Source of the DNA: Malacoraja senta
Taxonomy: Eukaryota
Assembly: GCA_038087875.1 (NCBI GenBank)
Contig: JAXLNO010005673.1
Coordinates: 1-64,000, forward strand
DNA length: 64,000 bases
Reading direction: 5' to 3'
Part shown: in pieces, positions 11,915-23,740 of the stretch
Layout of the letters: every line of letters begins with the position of its first letter
Position numbering within the stretch: the first letter of the stretch is position 1
Position numbers and translations under genes: made by a program
The notes under the pieces: model-generated
Databases searched by the model: none
Seen by the model: the letters and a program-made list of their open reading frames with translations, nothing else
What the model was told of the DNA's origin: nothing

Positions 11915-12156
11915 AATACTGAACTGCTATCTGCCTCATTGGTGACCCTCGGACTGTCTTTGATCGGACTTCACTGGCTTTATCTTGCATTAAACGTTAT
12001 TCCCTCTATCATTTATCTGTATACTGTGAATGGCTCGATTGTAATCATGTATTGTCTTTCCTCTGATTGGTTAGCATGCAATAAAAGCTTTTCACTGTAC
12101 CTTGGTACATGTGACAATAAATTAAACTAAGCTAAACTAAGCTAAACTGAACTAAA
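11915..12156 (+). mobile_element. LINE 3' tail fragment (Rex1/Babar-like) with (AAACT)n end
   Basis: aaagcttttcactgtaccttggtacatgtgacaataaa plus aaact repeats. The same tail recurs near 19925-19992, 27200-27305, 36060-36095 (minus) and 40790-40825 (minus). Confidence 0.55.
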
Positions 12157-12372
12157 CAGACCTGGGCTGCTGGAGGCATGATTTTTAAACCCCAATATGC
12201 CAATGAACAGAATATGTTCAAATCTATTTTAAAAAATCCAGAATGAAGCTCTCATGTAGTTGGATGAACTCATCTGGTCCTCTAATATAATTCACAGAAG
12301 ATAATCTGTTTGCCATTTCAAGCATATGCATGACTTCAAACTCATGGAAATGTAGATTCTGACACCATTTAC

Positions 12373-12699
12373 GGGCGCCTCAGTGGCACAGCGGTAGAGT
12401 TGTTGCCTTGCAGTGCATGCAGTGCTGGAGACCTGGGTTTGATCCCGACTACGGATGCTGTCTATACAGAGTTTGTACGTTCTCCCGTGACCGAGTGGGC
12501 TTTCTCCGAGATCTTCGGTTTCCTCCCACACTCCAAAGGCGTACAGGTATGAAGGTAAATTGGCTTGGTATAAGTGTAAATCATCCCTAGTGTGTGTGGA
12601 ATAGTGTTAATGTGCGGGAATCGCTGATCGGTAGGGACTCGGTAGGCCGAAGGGCCTGTTTCCGCGCTGTATCTCTAAAACCAAAAAGCTAAAACTAAA
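12373..12699 (+). mobile_element. V-type tRNA SINE with CR1-shared tail
   Basis: A-box-like gtggcacagcggta, B-box-like gggtttgatccc, V-domain gtttgtacgttctccc...ggtttcctcccacac, tail ggccgaagggcctgtttccgcgctgtatctctaa. Confidence 0.85.
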
Positions 12700-12915
12700 G
12701 CCAGTTTAGTAATGGACAATAAATGGTCATTTTACTAGCAATGGGTCCACCTCCTGATGGACTCTACATTTTGCAAGAAGGTCTGGAAAGAGAAGTGGGG
12801 GTTCTTGTTGAGGTTCATCCCAATCAGCTGCATAACACTGGACTCCGTGCTTCATGGGACACCGATTGATACAAATATCAGCTGCTGCTGGAAGATCATC
12901 AATGTGGTGAAGTCC

Positions 12916-13065
12916 ATGTTTAAGAAACATTTAGGCAGGTATATGCATAGGACAGGATTAGAGGGATCTGGGCCAAATGCTTGCAAGTAGGGCTAGTGTA
13001 GATGAGACATGTTGCCCGGTGTGGGCAGGTTGGGTTGAAGGGCCTGTTTCCACGCTATAGGACTT
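12916..13065 (+). mobile_element. CR1 3' end fragment
   Basis: FKKHLGRYMHRTGLEG followed by gaagggcctgtttccacgct tail. Confidence 0.7.
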
Positions 13066-13334
13066 TATGACACAAATGAATGCTGCCAACTGGCATATTC
13101 TGAGGTGCAGGGGGAGTATGTGCTGACGGATCCACTGAAACTTGATTCAGCCACGGCAAAGGCTTTCTGGGGAAGGACCACAGGTAGAGCCTTGTCACCG
13201 CTAGACAGCGAGGAACCAGGCCCAGAGCAACAACCTTTCAAATGCCTCGAGGGTGCATTGTTTAAGGAGGGAAGAGGAGTATGTTGATGCCTTGTAATAT
13301 AATGATTGAATTGATGATACAGTATATGTAAAGA

Positions 13335-13602
13335 AAGCATCTCTGGATAGAAGGAATGGGTGATGTTTTGGGTCGAGACCATTCTTCAGACTGAGATCAG
13401 AGATCAGTTACCTACCCTTTGATGTGTTGTTTTCACACCTTACATTTCCTTATCTCTGTGTCTCCCTTTCCCCTGACTCAGTCTGAAGAAGGGTCTCGAC
13501 CCGTTCCTTCTATCCAGAGATGTTGCCTGTTCCGTGGAGTTATTCCAGCATTTTGTGTCTATCTTCAGTGTAAACCAGCATCTGCAGTTCCTTCCTACAC
13601 AT
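13335..13602. mobile_element. Inverted pair of Penelope-type repeats with eroded hammerhead motifs
   Basis: gggtcgagaccattcttcagact (minus) and agtctgaagaagggtctcgaccc (plus) arranged divergently. Confidence 0.75.
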
Positions 13603-13981
13603 TATATAAATAAAGGCATGTCTGGGTTGTCTTTACTGTATATATTAATAATGTATATTTTGGGTGAAAAACAATGCTCATGTACACTGAAGGAATTAAT
13701 AAAGATGTGATACATCAGATAATATCAGGGATAACGTAGTGGCTGAAGTCATTAAATTGTGTTTTATAGTATTTAATGCTTCTTATCAATTCTTTTGGAG
13801 TTCTTGTATTATTTTTGTTAATAGTTTAGTTTATTATTGTCAGGATCATAGCCGGGTCTCTGGTGTTGTGAGGCAGCAGCTCTATCACTGAGCCACCGTG
13901 CTGCCCAGGCAGATGAAAGCAGACGTTTTAATGTTCATCCGTATTAGAACAGAATGACGAGGAACATTACACACATTCCAC

Positions 13982-14220
13982 ATAGACACAAAAGACTGGA
14001 GTAACTCAGCGTGACAGGCAGCATCTCTGGAGAGAAGGAATGGGTGACATTTCGGGTCGAGACCCTTCTTCAGACTGATATCAGGGGAAGTCTGAAGAAG
14101 GGTCTCGAACCGAAACGTCACCCATTCCTCTCCAGAGATGCTGCCTGTCCCATAGTGTTGCTCCAGCTTTTTGTGTCTATCTTCGATTTAAACCAGCACC
14201 TGCTGTTCTTTCGTACACAT
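13982..14220. mobile_element. Inverted pair of Penelope-type repeats, hammerhead motifs at 14046-14073 (minus) and 14092-14119 (plus)
   Basis: Two ~95-bp arms in inverted orientation separated by about 13 bp. Confidence 0.85.
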
Positions 14221-14586
14221 TACACCAGCTTTTTTCTGAGTTTCTGAAAAAGTACATGAACCCATTGTTACCATCTTCCTGCTTCCAGGTAATCATGATT
14301 AAGAATTTCCACCTATCCACATGGATTTAGTAACTCACTTTTGTTACATGATCTGTTGCGGAGGTAACTCATTGGCTCCCCTGTGAAGTGTAATTTGCAT
14401 TTACAAACTAGGTGGCAACAAAATACAAAATTATTAAAAAACTGTGCTTAATAAATATTGACCATATGATTTCCAGATGTGAATTTGTCCTGTGAAAATG
14501 TTGGAATATCTGAACTATGATGACCAGCCACTCATTTCCATGACTGGTAGTCACATTTGGCCAGAATGTGGAAAAATAGTCTGAAA

Positions 14587-14762
14587 ACTGTAGAAACAAA
14601 GAACTGCAGATGCTGGTTAATACACAAAAGGACACAACTCAGTAGGTCAGGCAGCATCTCTAGAGAACATGGATGGTCGACGTTTCAGGTCTCCACCCAA
14701 ATCATCACCTATCCATGTTCTCCAGAGACCTACTGAGTTACTCCAGCACTTTGTGTCCTTTT
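14587..14762. mobile_element. Internally deleted inverted Penelope-type repeat pair
   Basis: gaactgcagatgctggtt...gcagcatctctagagaacatggat against atccatgttctccagaga...gagttactccagcac. Confidence 0.6.
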
Positions 14763-15689
14763 GAAATCTATGCAGATTATGCTTAAAATAAGAAGTGCAA
14801 AGAAAGAACTCTTCATTGTTTCATCAGCTAAATATAAATAGTTGTAAGTGTGTTACAGATTTGTACTTTACTCCACCAATGCTGAAAACTTCCCATCACT
14901 GGTTTCTCCTGATTTAACCTGGCATATCCTTTCCGATCTCTCTGTATTCATACTTTAGTTACTAATTTACTCCAATCTCACAAATCAGTCCAACACAACA
15001 ATGACTCAATCACATTAAATAATGGTGGGATTTTTTTGGTTGTCCTTTTTTCTTTCATTCTTTCCCCTACTTTCTAACAATGTAATGTCATGATCTATGT
15101 TATGCCGGCTCTGTCCTTATTCTCATTAGACTTGCCTGCAATCATGTATTTGGCTGTAGCTCGGTCTAAAGTGTTCAACGGTAAAACCAGTTTAGCAAGT
15201 AGGGGATTTGAGGGGTGAGCAACATTAAAGGTCTACGCCCTCTCATTCTTTTGTCAAACAGTGCCAGACTTTGAAGGGAAGCACAATTGTCTGTTTAAGT
15301 GGTGGGGTTGGTGTGCAGTGCCAACTGCCCAGCCAATCCATCCCTGCTGAATGGGTTAAATCCAGTGGAACAAGCCAAGCTTCCGTTGCCGTTCCATTGC
15401 ATCAAAATTCAACCCCGGTCAGGCCTTGGTTGCAAGTTGTCAGCTGTTGCGATTTTTTTGCTAATCCTCAGCTCCAAAAGAAGTGTTGGTAATTGTGAAT
15501 TATGCCATTGCGTGACATGGAATCATGGTTGAAATTACAAGGATGGCTCACGACAAGAAGGGTCCAGTTGAATTTCCTGATTTTTGCATGAATTAACCTG
15601 GTAATCGTCCCCAATGCGATTTATGGCTGAATAAGTTGGCTTTAAGTCATGTAGACCAGAGCTAGATTCTAGACAAACATGAGGTATTT

Positions 15690-16170
15690 TACCACTTGCA
15701 GGTTGCAGCCAGGGTGCCCTCGCTGCATGCGTTCCATGATCAACCTCTGACTGCTTACCTTCTTCTCTCAGAATGTCCTGTGCCCTTGCTATGATATCCT
15801 TGTCCTGTGCACCAGGAAGGCAACACGTCATTCTGGAGTCTCACTTATGGCCACAGATACAGCTGTCTGTACCCCTGCTTATGGAATCCACTATCACTTT
15901 GCTCGTCTAGACTTGGTCCTATCCTGCTGTTCAACAGAGCCAGACATCCTGCTACTGTTCTGGGTGCTGCTGCTATTTGCTCCTAAGAAAACATTCCCCC
16001 CAAGAGCATCCAAAATGGTGTACTCATTTATGAGGGAGATAACGCAGGAGACTTCTGTACTACCTGCCCACCTCGACTGGTTGTCACCTACCTATCTGGT
16101 TTAACCTTTGGTGCTGTCACCAACCTGAAACTACAGTCTACAACCCTTGCTAACCCCTATATGTTCCTCA
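15690..16170 (-). mobile_element. Old CR1 ORF1 (esterase-like) remnant
   Basis: ORF 15535..15831 TCCLPGAQDKDIIARAQDILREEGKQSEVDHGT resembles the CR1 ORF1 SGNH domain (VCCLPGARV.D...). Confidence 0.55.
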
Positions 16171-16518
16171 GGAGTGGCATGGTGGCGCAGCGGTAGAGTT
16201 GCTACCTTACAGTGCCAGTGACCCGGGTTCGATCCTGACTACAGGTGCTGTCTGAAAGGAGTTTGTACTTTCTCCCTGTGACTGCCTAGGGTTTCTCCGG
16301 GTGCTCCGGTTTCCTCCCACACTCCAAAGACGTACAGGTTTGTAGGTTAATTGGCTTTGGTAAAAATTGTAAATTGTTCCCAGTGTGTAGGATAGTGTTA
16401 GTGTACAGGGATCGCTCATCGGTGCGGACTCGGTGGGCCGAAGGGCCTGTATCTCTAAACTAAACTAAAATAACTAAACTAAACTAAACTAACCTAAACT
16501 AACCTAAACTAAACGAAA
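16171..16518 (+). mobile_element. V-type tRNA SINE
   Basis: gtggcgcagcggtagag, gggttcgatcc, V-domain, CR1-type tail and (aaact)n. Confidence 0.88.
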
Positions 16519-16604
16519 CGTCTGCTACAACTGATCCATGCTCAGATGGCTCTCTTTGAATGGTGAACATCAGAGGCTTCCCTTGTGCATCAGTGTTTGA
16601 GAAA

Positions 16605-16762
16605 TGTAGAAAATAGGTGCAGGAGTAGGTCATTCGGCCCTTCGAGCCAGCACCACCATTCAATATGATCATGACTGATCATCCAGAATCAGTACCCTGT
16701 TCCTGCTTTCTCCCCATATTCCTTGATTCCATTAGGCCTAAGAACTATATCTAACTCTCTCT
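16605..16762 (-). mobile_element. CR1 3' end fragment
   Basis: ataggtgcaggagtaggtcattcggcccttcgagccagc, the same tail as 49238-49400. Confidence 0.7.
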
Positions 16763-18237
16763 AGCTAGTAGATATTAAAAATATTTCCTTCTTCACCCTG
16801 GAAAAGAAAATAAAAATTCACATCTGTGACCTTACAGCTACTGTCCTTGTAATCCTCACCCACCTTCTCTTCCTTCCATTTCTGGCAGTTTGTCCTCCAT
16901 TCTGTACCCACTGTTCTAGCTCTCACTCCCACTGGACTCTAAAGGGGTTGACTACTAATGCACGTGTGCTTAGTAACTGCAGCTTGGATGTCTTGCAGCG
17001 ATTGGAGCAGCATTCTCCAAGGACTTTTAGCAGCTGCAAAGATCTCCGAAAGGTGCCAGTCAGCAACAATAACCAGTAGACATTAAATCAACAATTAACC
17101 CACAATTAGTTAATGATCTCCTTAAATAGTTCTGGCATAGCTCTTTCCTGCTGTGAAGCGTTTATTCATCTGCGCCAGGTTGACTGGAGCACTGAAGTCC
17201 AATTAGGCATTAAATCAGTATTATATATGAAAAACAATAGCTCTTTAAAGCACCCACTTGTAATGGGCACAATTTTTCTGTCTATAAACTTTAAACAGAA
17301 CAGACGTGTGAAGGGAGGGGAAGATAATGGCCCAGTCAGCATTAAAGTCAAGATTGAGAAAGGGAGTGAAACACTGGATTATTTCTGGAAGTATACCTTT
17401 GTGATTGAAAAGCTTCTACATGATGCTGGTAGGAGGCGATCTCTGGAGATTTTGCAGAGAAACCGCCTTGCTCTCTCCATTGCCATCAAGCTAACTGACA
17501 GGTTTCTGATTAGGCTGCTCAGAGGTATTTGATTGACCTGGACATTGTAAGCTTTGAGGATGAAACAAATTCTTCAAAAAGGATGAGAGCTGATCGATAG
17601 AGAATTCTTGTATTAGATACAAAGTGAAAGACATTTTTGCCTCGCCTCCAGGAATCTTGTTAGAACGTCTTGTTAGAAAAAAAGCATCTCATGCAACATT
17701 AACTAAGATATTTTTAACATTGAAATATTATACCCTAGAAATGACATCTGCTGGAGGATATTGTCAAGTTGAGACAATAATCACCATCGATACCACTTTA
17801 TTTTAATCACAGTGTACTCATTTTATCACCATACATGCATTTTTTGTAGTACTGATTAATATTCAAATATGACTGCACAATAAAACTGTGTTATCAATGA
17901 TTTCAACAGTGGTGAAATCACATGAGAGGATGCTTGAAATCAATAGACCAGGCAGCAACAGTGGAGGGAGGGAATGAGTTTAAACTTCAGCCTGGCGACC
18001 TATCATCAGGGGTGCTCTGTAAGTTTCACTGACTTTTCAAAAGTATTGAACTGAATCTGTGAAATTACATCCATTCTCAGGCAGTCCTTTGCAGTCGATG
18101 ATGACTTGCTTCCACTTCAGTTTTGGGACGTGGAGGATGCCTGAGCCTAAATTTTATTATGGTGTTGTGCCGCTTGTAAACCAGTTATCACGCAGACTTG
18201 ACAGAGCAAGGGCTTGGTTCAATGGAAGGCCAGGTTC

Positions 18238-18462
18238 ACACACATACGTAAACACACACACTCACTATCACACACTCACGATCACACACTCACGATCACA
18301 CACTCACGATCAAACACTCACAATCACACACTCACAATCACACGCTCACTATCACACGCTCACTATCACACGCTCACTATCACACACTCACTATTACACA
18401 CTCACACACTCACTATCACACACTCACTCTCACATACACACACATACATGCACGCACCTGCA
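18238..18462. repeat. CA-rich micro/minisatellite, (CACACTCACTAT)n-like
   Basis: Directly visible low-complexity tandem repeat. Confidence 0.9.
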
Positions 18463-18619
18463 CTCTGACTGTGCTCAGTTGGACACAGTCACGTGATCCT
18501 GTTCATCAAAATTTTCTTCAGCCCTCTTTCCCATAATTATCCCCCCCATAATGATCCCCTGCCTTGTCCGTCATTGTTCCCATGTCCTCCGCATCACATA
18601 CTATTCCCCTAACCACCTT

Positions 18620-18780
18620 GGTAGAAAGGAACTGCAGATGTTGGTTTAAACCGAAGATAGACACAAAATGCTGGAATAACTCAGCGGGACAGGGTCTCGA
18701 CCCGAAACATCACCCATAACGTCTATCCAGAGATGCTGCCTGTCCCATTGAGATACTCCAGCATTTTGCATCTGTCTTCC
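18620..18780. mobile_element. Deleted inverted Penelope-type repeat pair
   Basis: gaactgcagatgttggttt..gatagacacaaaatgctgg followed by gggtctcgacccgaaacatcacc..gatgctgcctgtcc. Confidence 0.65.
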
Positions 18781-19104
18781 CCTAACCGCCTTCTCGGTCT
18801 CTCCACTTCCTTTCACTTGCCTTCCTCTTCACTTACCTACTTCCCTCTGGCTCCTGAACTTCTCTTCCATTCTATTTTCCTCCTTGCAGACACAGCCTTC
18901 CCCCATTCTCCAGATGATGGCTGCTTCTCCCTCCAGGTTACCAAGTGCTACCATCATTTCAGGGCTGTTCCCCAATTACATAGAACATAGAACAGTACAG
19001 CATAAGAACCTTCAGCTCACAATGCCTGTGCCGAACATGATGCCAAGAACATCACTTATTTTCCTGCACATAATTTGGGAATGTATATAATTTTTGGGAA
19101 TGTA

Positions 19105-19330
19105 CAGTGCATTCAGAAAGTATTCAGACCCCTTCACTTTTTCCACATTTTGCTACATTACAGCCTTATTCTAAAATGGATTAAATTCTTTTTTTTATCA
19201 TCAATCTATACACAATACCCCATAATAAAAAAGCAAAAACTGATGTGTAGCAATTTTTGCAAAGTAATAAAAATAAACAACTGAAATATCACATTTACAT
19301 AAGTATTTAGACCCTTTACTCAATACTTAG
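19105..19330 (-). mobile_element. Solo terminal inverted repeat of the same Tc1 family as 23741-25327
   Basis: TA|cagtgcattcagaaagtattcagacccc... about 210 bp matching the TIR, ending in ctcaatacttag (likely reverse complement of the transposase end). Confidence 0.85.
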
Positions 19331-19339
19331 CATTAATCA

Positions 19340-19925
19340 TTATTCATCTGACAATGCTAGTATCATCAGCAAATCTAAAGAAGGTGTTGGAGCCGTATCT
19401 GGCTGCATAGTCATGGGGTATAGAGAGAGTAGAGCAGGGGACTGAGCACACTGCCCTGACGGGCTCCTGTGCTGATGGTCATTGATGAGCAGGTACGGTT
19501 GCCAGTTCATACTGATCGAGGTCTGCCAATGAGGAGGTTGAGGATCCAGTTACATTGGGATGAGCAGAGACCCGGTTCCTGAGTTTAATGATAGTTTAAG
19601 AAGGGATGATGATGTTGAATAATAATAATGCCAAGCTGTAGTCAATGAAGAGCAGCCTGGCATACATATCTGGCTGCACATGTATAGCACGGAGAGCCAA
19701 CAAGATGGCATATGCTGCTGATCTGTTGAAATGGCAGCTGAATTGTAATGGGTCCAGATCCTTTTTCAGAATGGAGATGATATGCGTCATAACCAACCTT
19801 TTAAAGAACCATCATAACGAACATGTGAGCCACTGGTTGGTAGTCGTTGAGACATGTCACCTTGGTTTTCTTGGGCACCAGTATTACGGATGTCCTTTTA
19901 ATGTAGGTGGGGACATCATGTGTAG
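19340..19925 (-). mobile_element. Rex1/Babar LINE RT fragment
   Basis: Minus strand VILVPKKTKVTCLNDYQPVA, LDPLQF, YARLLFIDYS, TISTGARQGSVLSPLLYSLY and FRFADD, with frameshifts. Confidence 0.8.
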
Positions 19926-20066
19926 TATCCGCTGACTGGATAGCAGGCAACAAAAGTCTTTCACTGTACCTCGAGACACATGACAATAAACTTAAGTGGT
20001 TAACTGGAAGAATGCAGATGTCAGTGAAAACAATATCAGCGGCAGATGAAACACTTGTCTTGTTTA

Positions 20067-20618
20067 AGGACCTGTCCCACTTGGGCGATCTAATCCACGA
20101 GTTCTGGCGAGTTTGCCCTTGACTCATACTTGCAGCATGGTCGACTCGAGGTCATAGGAGGTCTTCGTAACTCTCCTTCATGCTCGAGAGTGGTCTCCGC
20201 GTACTCGAGGCCTCAGCTAGGTCGCAGAGTTTTTTTCAATATGTTAAAAAATGCCCGCGAGTAAAAAAAGGTCGCCATGGAAAAAATCTATATATTTTTT
20301 ACTCGTAGGTTTAGTCATAGTAGGTCGTAGTAGGTCGGCATGTTAGTCGTAGGTAATCGAGGGTAGTCGAAGTAGTCGAAGATAGTCAGAGAAAGTCTTC
20401 ATCATAGACGAAGGGAGGTCGAAGGGAAGTCGAAGGAGGTCGTCTTCACTCTCCACTGTTCGGTGTGCAATTTTCCCGAAGTTAGTCGTAGCTGGTCTTC
20501 AACATAGCCGAAGGAGGTCGAAGGAGGTCTTCTACATAGTCGAAGGAGGTCTTCAACATGTCATTTTTTCAAACTCTTGTAAACTCGCCAATTAGGTCGC
20601 CCAAGTGGGACAGCCCCT
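20067..20618. mobile_element. PIF/Harbinger-type MITE
   Basis: TIRs aggacctgtcccacttgggcgatctaat and attaggtcgcccaagtgggacagcccct; TTA on both sides; non-coding interior with tagtcgaaggaggtc repeats. Confidence 0.85.
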
Positions 20619-21779
20619 TTACACAACTTTGGTGTTGCATGCTAGAAATTATAGAATTGTGCAGAAATCAGCAATAGTTCTTCAAAATACGCGTCTGGAA
20701 GCAAATGGTGCAGATTTCCAGACACATTACCATCTATTTTGCACTTATTCAGAAATATAGGTTTCAACATACAAAACTAAGTTTGCAAAATATAATTTCA
20801 AAATTTTGAACAATATTATTAACAGATAAAACATGCTTTTGCATGCTACAAACAATGGTGAAAGGATAACCCAATTCATGAATAAAGTTGCTACATACCA
20901 ATACTATTGATGGTCTATCTTTGATGGGTTATTTTGCACCCCAAAACTGCAGAGAGCGTGAAAGCTGTTCTCATCGGAGCGAGATATTTGAATTTGACAG
21001 GATAATATTCTGTTCTTCGTATAAGACCAATTAAATATTTGGATTCACACTTTGAATGTCATCTCAGATGCGAGAGAAGAAAAATCTTGTGACTATATGT
21101 ATGAATTACAAATGAAATCTATCTTCCTGTCTCGGAAGCATTTATGTTGACAGATCCTATCACCATTTGCAAGCTATTAATAAGAAACCATATCCCATTA
21201 ATATCTGCAAAGCAACCTCAAAATGCAATCTAAACATTCAATTTGCAGGATCATGTAGGTATTTCATCATGCGTGTACGTGGTTACATTTTACTACTTTT
21301 CTACATTTGATTGAGTTACCTTGATTTTATGTCATTCTATTCAATATAACATATACCAAAGTTACTTCTTAGCACAAAGTATTTGGAGTGATATGGCTAC
21401 TTTGTTGCTGTCTGCATGTGATTAGCATTAGGCCTGTAGTTTCCTAAACTTGAGAACATGGTCTGTTATCAAAATTAAGAGTTTGTTCAAGCCGCTAAAT
21501 CAGTTTGATGTTGGTAAGTTAAGTTCATTGGGCTTGCACTTTGTTAAATACACCAAACAAACCCTGTTCCTTCATTAGTATTTACATCTTCTTGAATTCA
21601 CTTTGATGAAGCATAAAATGGAAAGGAGACTCCCATATGTGGAGCATCAGGGAATGTACATGATAGAACTTATTAACAGACCATCAAGAATGTGTTTAAC
21701 TCTTCTGATACATTTAGGTGTGCTGGAAACTACAGCAAGTCAATCCTGGAACCTGAGAAACCTTTACCACCTGGAACCA

Positions 21780-22065
21780 GGACAGCACAGTGTCAAGCTG
21801 ACAGAGCTGCTGTTTCACAGCGCCAGGGACCCGGGTTCGATCCTGACCTCGGATGCTGTCTGTGTGGAGTTTGCACGTTCCCCCTGTGACTGCATGGGTT
21901 TCCTTTGAGTGCTCCAGTTTCCTCCATGCCCCAAAGACTTGCGGGTTTGTAGGTTAATATGACTCTGTAAATTGCCCCCAGTATTTAGCAATGGTTGAAG
22001 AAGTAGGATAATATAGTGGGAATGAGTGATCGATAGCCTGCATGGACTTGCAGGGCTAAAGGTCT
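21780..22065 (+). mobile_element. Diverged V-type tRNA SINE
   Basis: gggttcgatcc B box and V-domain gagtttgcacgttccccctgtgac. Confidence 0.75.
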
Positions 22066-22199
22066 TGCCATAGGTCTTAATTAAATTTTAAAAATGCTTA
22101 AAAGTCAGACTCGAATATAGTTCTAGACTGCTGCTGCCCAAGTGCTAATCGGTCACCTACCAACACTGTGAACACCAAGTTTTTAGCTTTCCATAAATT

Positions 22200-22345
22200 A
22201 TAAGGTCATAAGATCATGTGATAGGAGCAGAATTACGCCATTCAGCTCATGAAGTCTACCCAGCCATTCAAACATGGCTGATCTATCTCTTCCTCCCAAC
22301 CCCATTCTCCTGCTTTCTCCCCATAACCCCTGACACCCTGATTAA
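22200..22345 (-). mobile_element. CR1 3' end fragment
   Basis: gataggagcagaattacgccattc...catggctgatctatctctc tail. Confidence 0.65.
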
Positions 22346-23740
22346 TCTATCATTAATAATTTCATGCTTGTACCAGACATTTGGGAGCGCTTCGATTCAA
22401 AGGTATTGTTGGAATTGATGTAACCTCAGTAAATGCAAATATTTAAATGCAAACAAAAATTGCTGGGAATATTGAATAAGTCAGGCACCATTGACGCGGC
22501 ATAGTTTAACAGAACAGATCAATTCTGAGCTCTTTTCTTATAATAATTCCACAAAACCTACATTTTCTCAAATGTATTACAAATGCTTTCTTTCCCCTCA
22601 GGTTTTGATATAAATCACATTTCTCCTTCCCTTACATAAAACGAGGCCGCTATTGTAGGCATTCAATAACTTAATGCAGCAATAATTCTACCCATTGCGC
22701 CAAACATGTAATTAAAAAGGGATATTCTTTCATAAACGCTGGCATGGAGGTCACAAAGCACCAGTCACAGGTAAACCTAAATCATTTTGGAATTTCAATT
22801 TTATCACATGCATTCACAAGTGCTTTTTGAAAGGCGAACACAAAAAATGAAATGCCAGAAAGCTCTCAACTGTATAGATAGTTTCCAATGTCTCTCTTTA
22901 TCAATAATCTCTCAGCAAAAATAAATAAATGCCTAATTCTTTTTGTAACAGTGTAAGTATTCCTAATGGCAAAATAACATTTGCATCATTGGAAGAAAAT
23001 GTACTTCTATGTACCTATTCATTAAATGTCCTAACTGCTGAAGAGCTAACTGTGGTTTCTTGAAACATCGCTTGGCTTTCAAAGAGAAAATAAAAGCGAT
23101 TTACAACAAAATTAAAGTTGTTTACATTTTTAGGGTCAATAATCCTTTGTAACCTTTCTCGCACACCCAGACTTTTACGCTTTAACTTTGACCTATCATC
23201 ATATAGAATGCAAGGTGAACACAAAGTCACCATTTCTCCTACCAGGCGATAAGGTCCGAAAGCTAATAAAAGCAGACAGATAGGCTATTGTTGATGAATG
23301 ACTCTGTCTGGATTTCTTGTCTGGAGACAAGAAGACCCAGGCTCTGTAAAAAAGACAAGCCAGTCACGGGAGAGCGCATACAGCAGATGTATTGTGTCTG
23401 GCTGCTTCTATTATTATTAATACTGATTTGTATCAAACAGGTGATGAATAAGCAGCAAAGCTCAAAAATACAGAATGACTAGCTCTGAAATCTTCCATTT
23501 ATGCACGGCACCCAAATATTTTAAGAAACATTAATAAAGTATTATTCATAATTAAATTACAATCCCCTTTGCTATTATTAACACTATTTTCTAAAATCCT
23601 CCTTTCCTAAAGATTATGGGAAGTTGAGTAGCACTCATCCTCAGCATGACAAGTGCTTGAAACCAAGACCAATGCTGTGATTTCATGCCCACTCATTTAA
23701 TTTTTGAATGTAACAAACTCTAAGCTATTAGGAATGTCTA

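Noticed and set aside
12373-12460. tRNA genes at A/B-box-containing heads
   Set aside because: Each head continues into a SINE body and LINE-derived tail; no complete cloverleaf or terminator.
17113-17532. 139-aa ORF as a host exon
   Set aside because: No recognisable domain or convincing splice boundaries; the length is compatible with chance.
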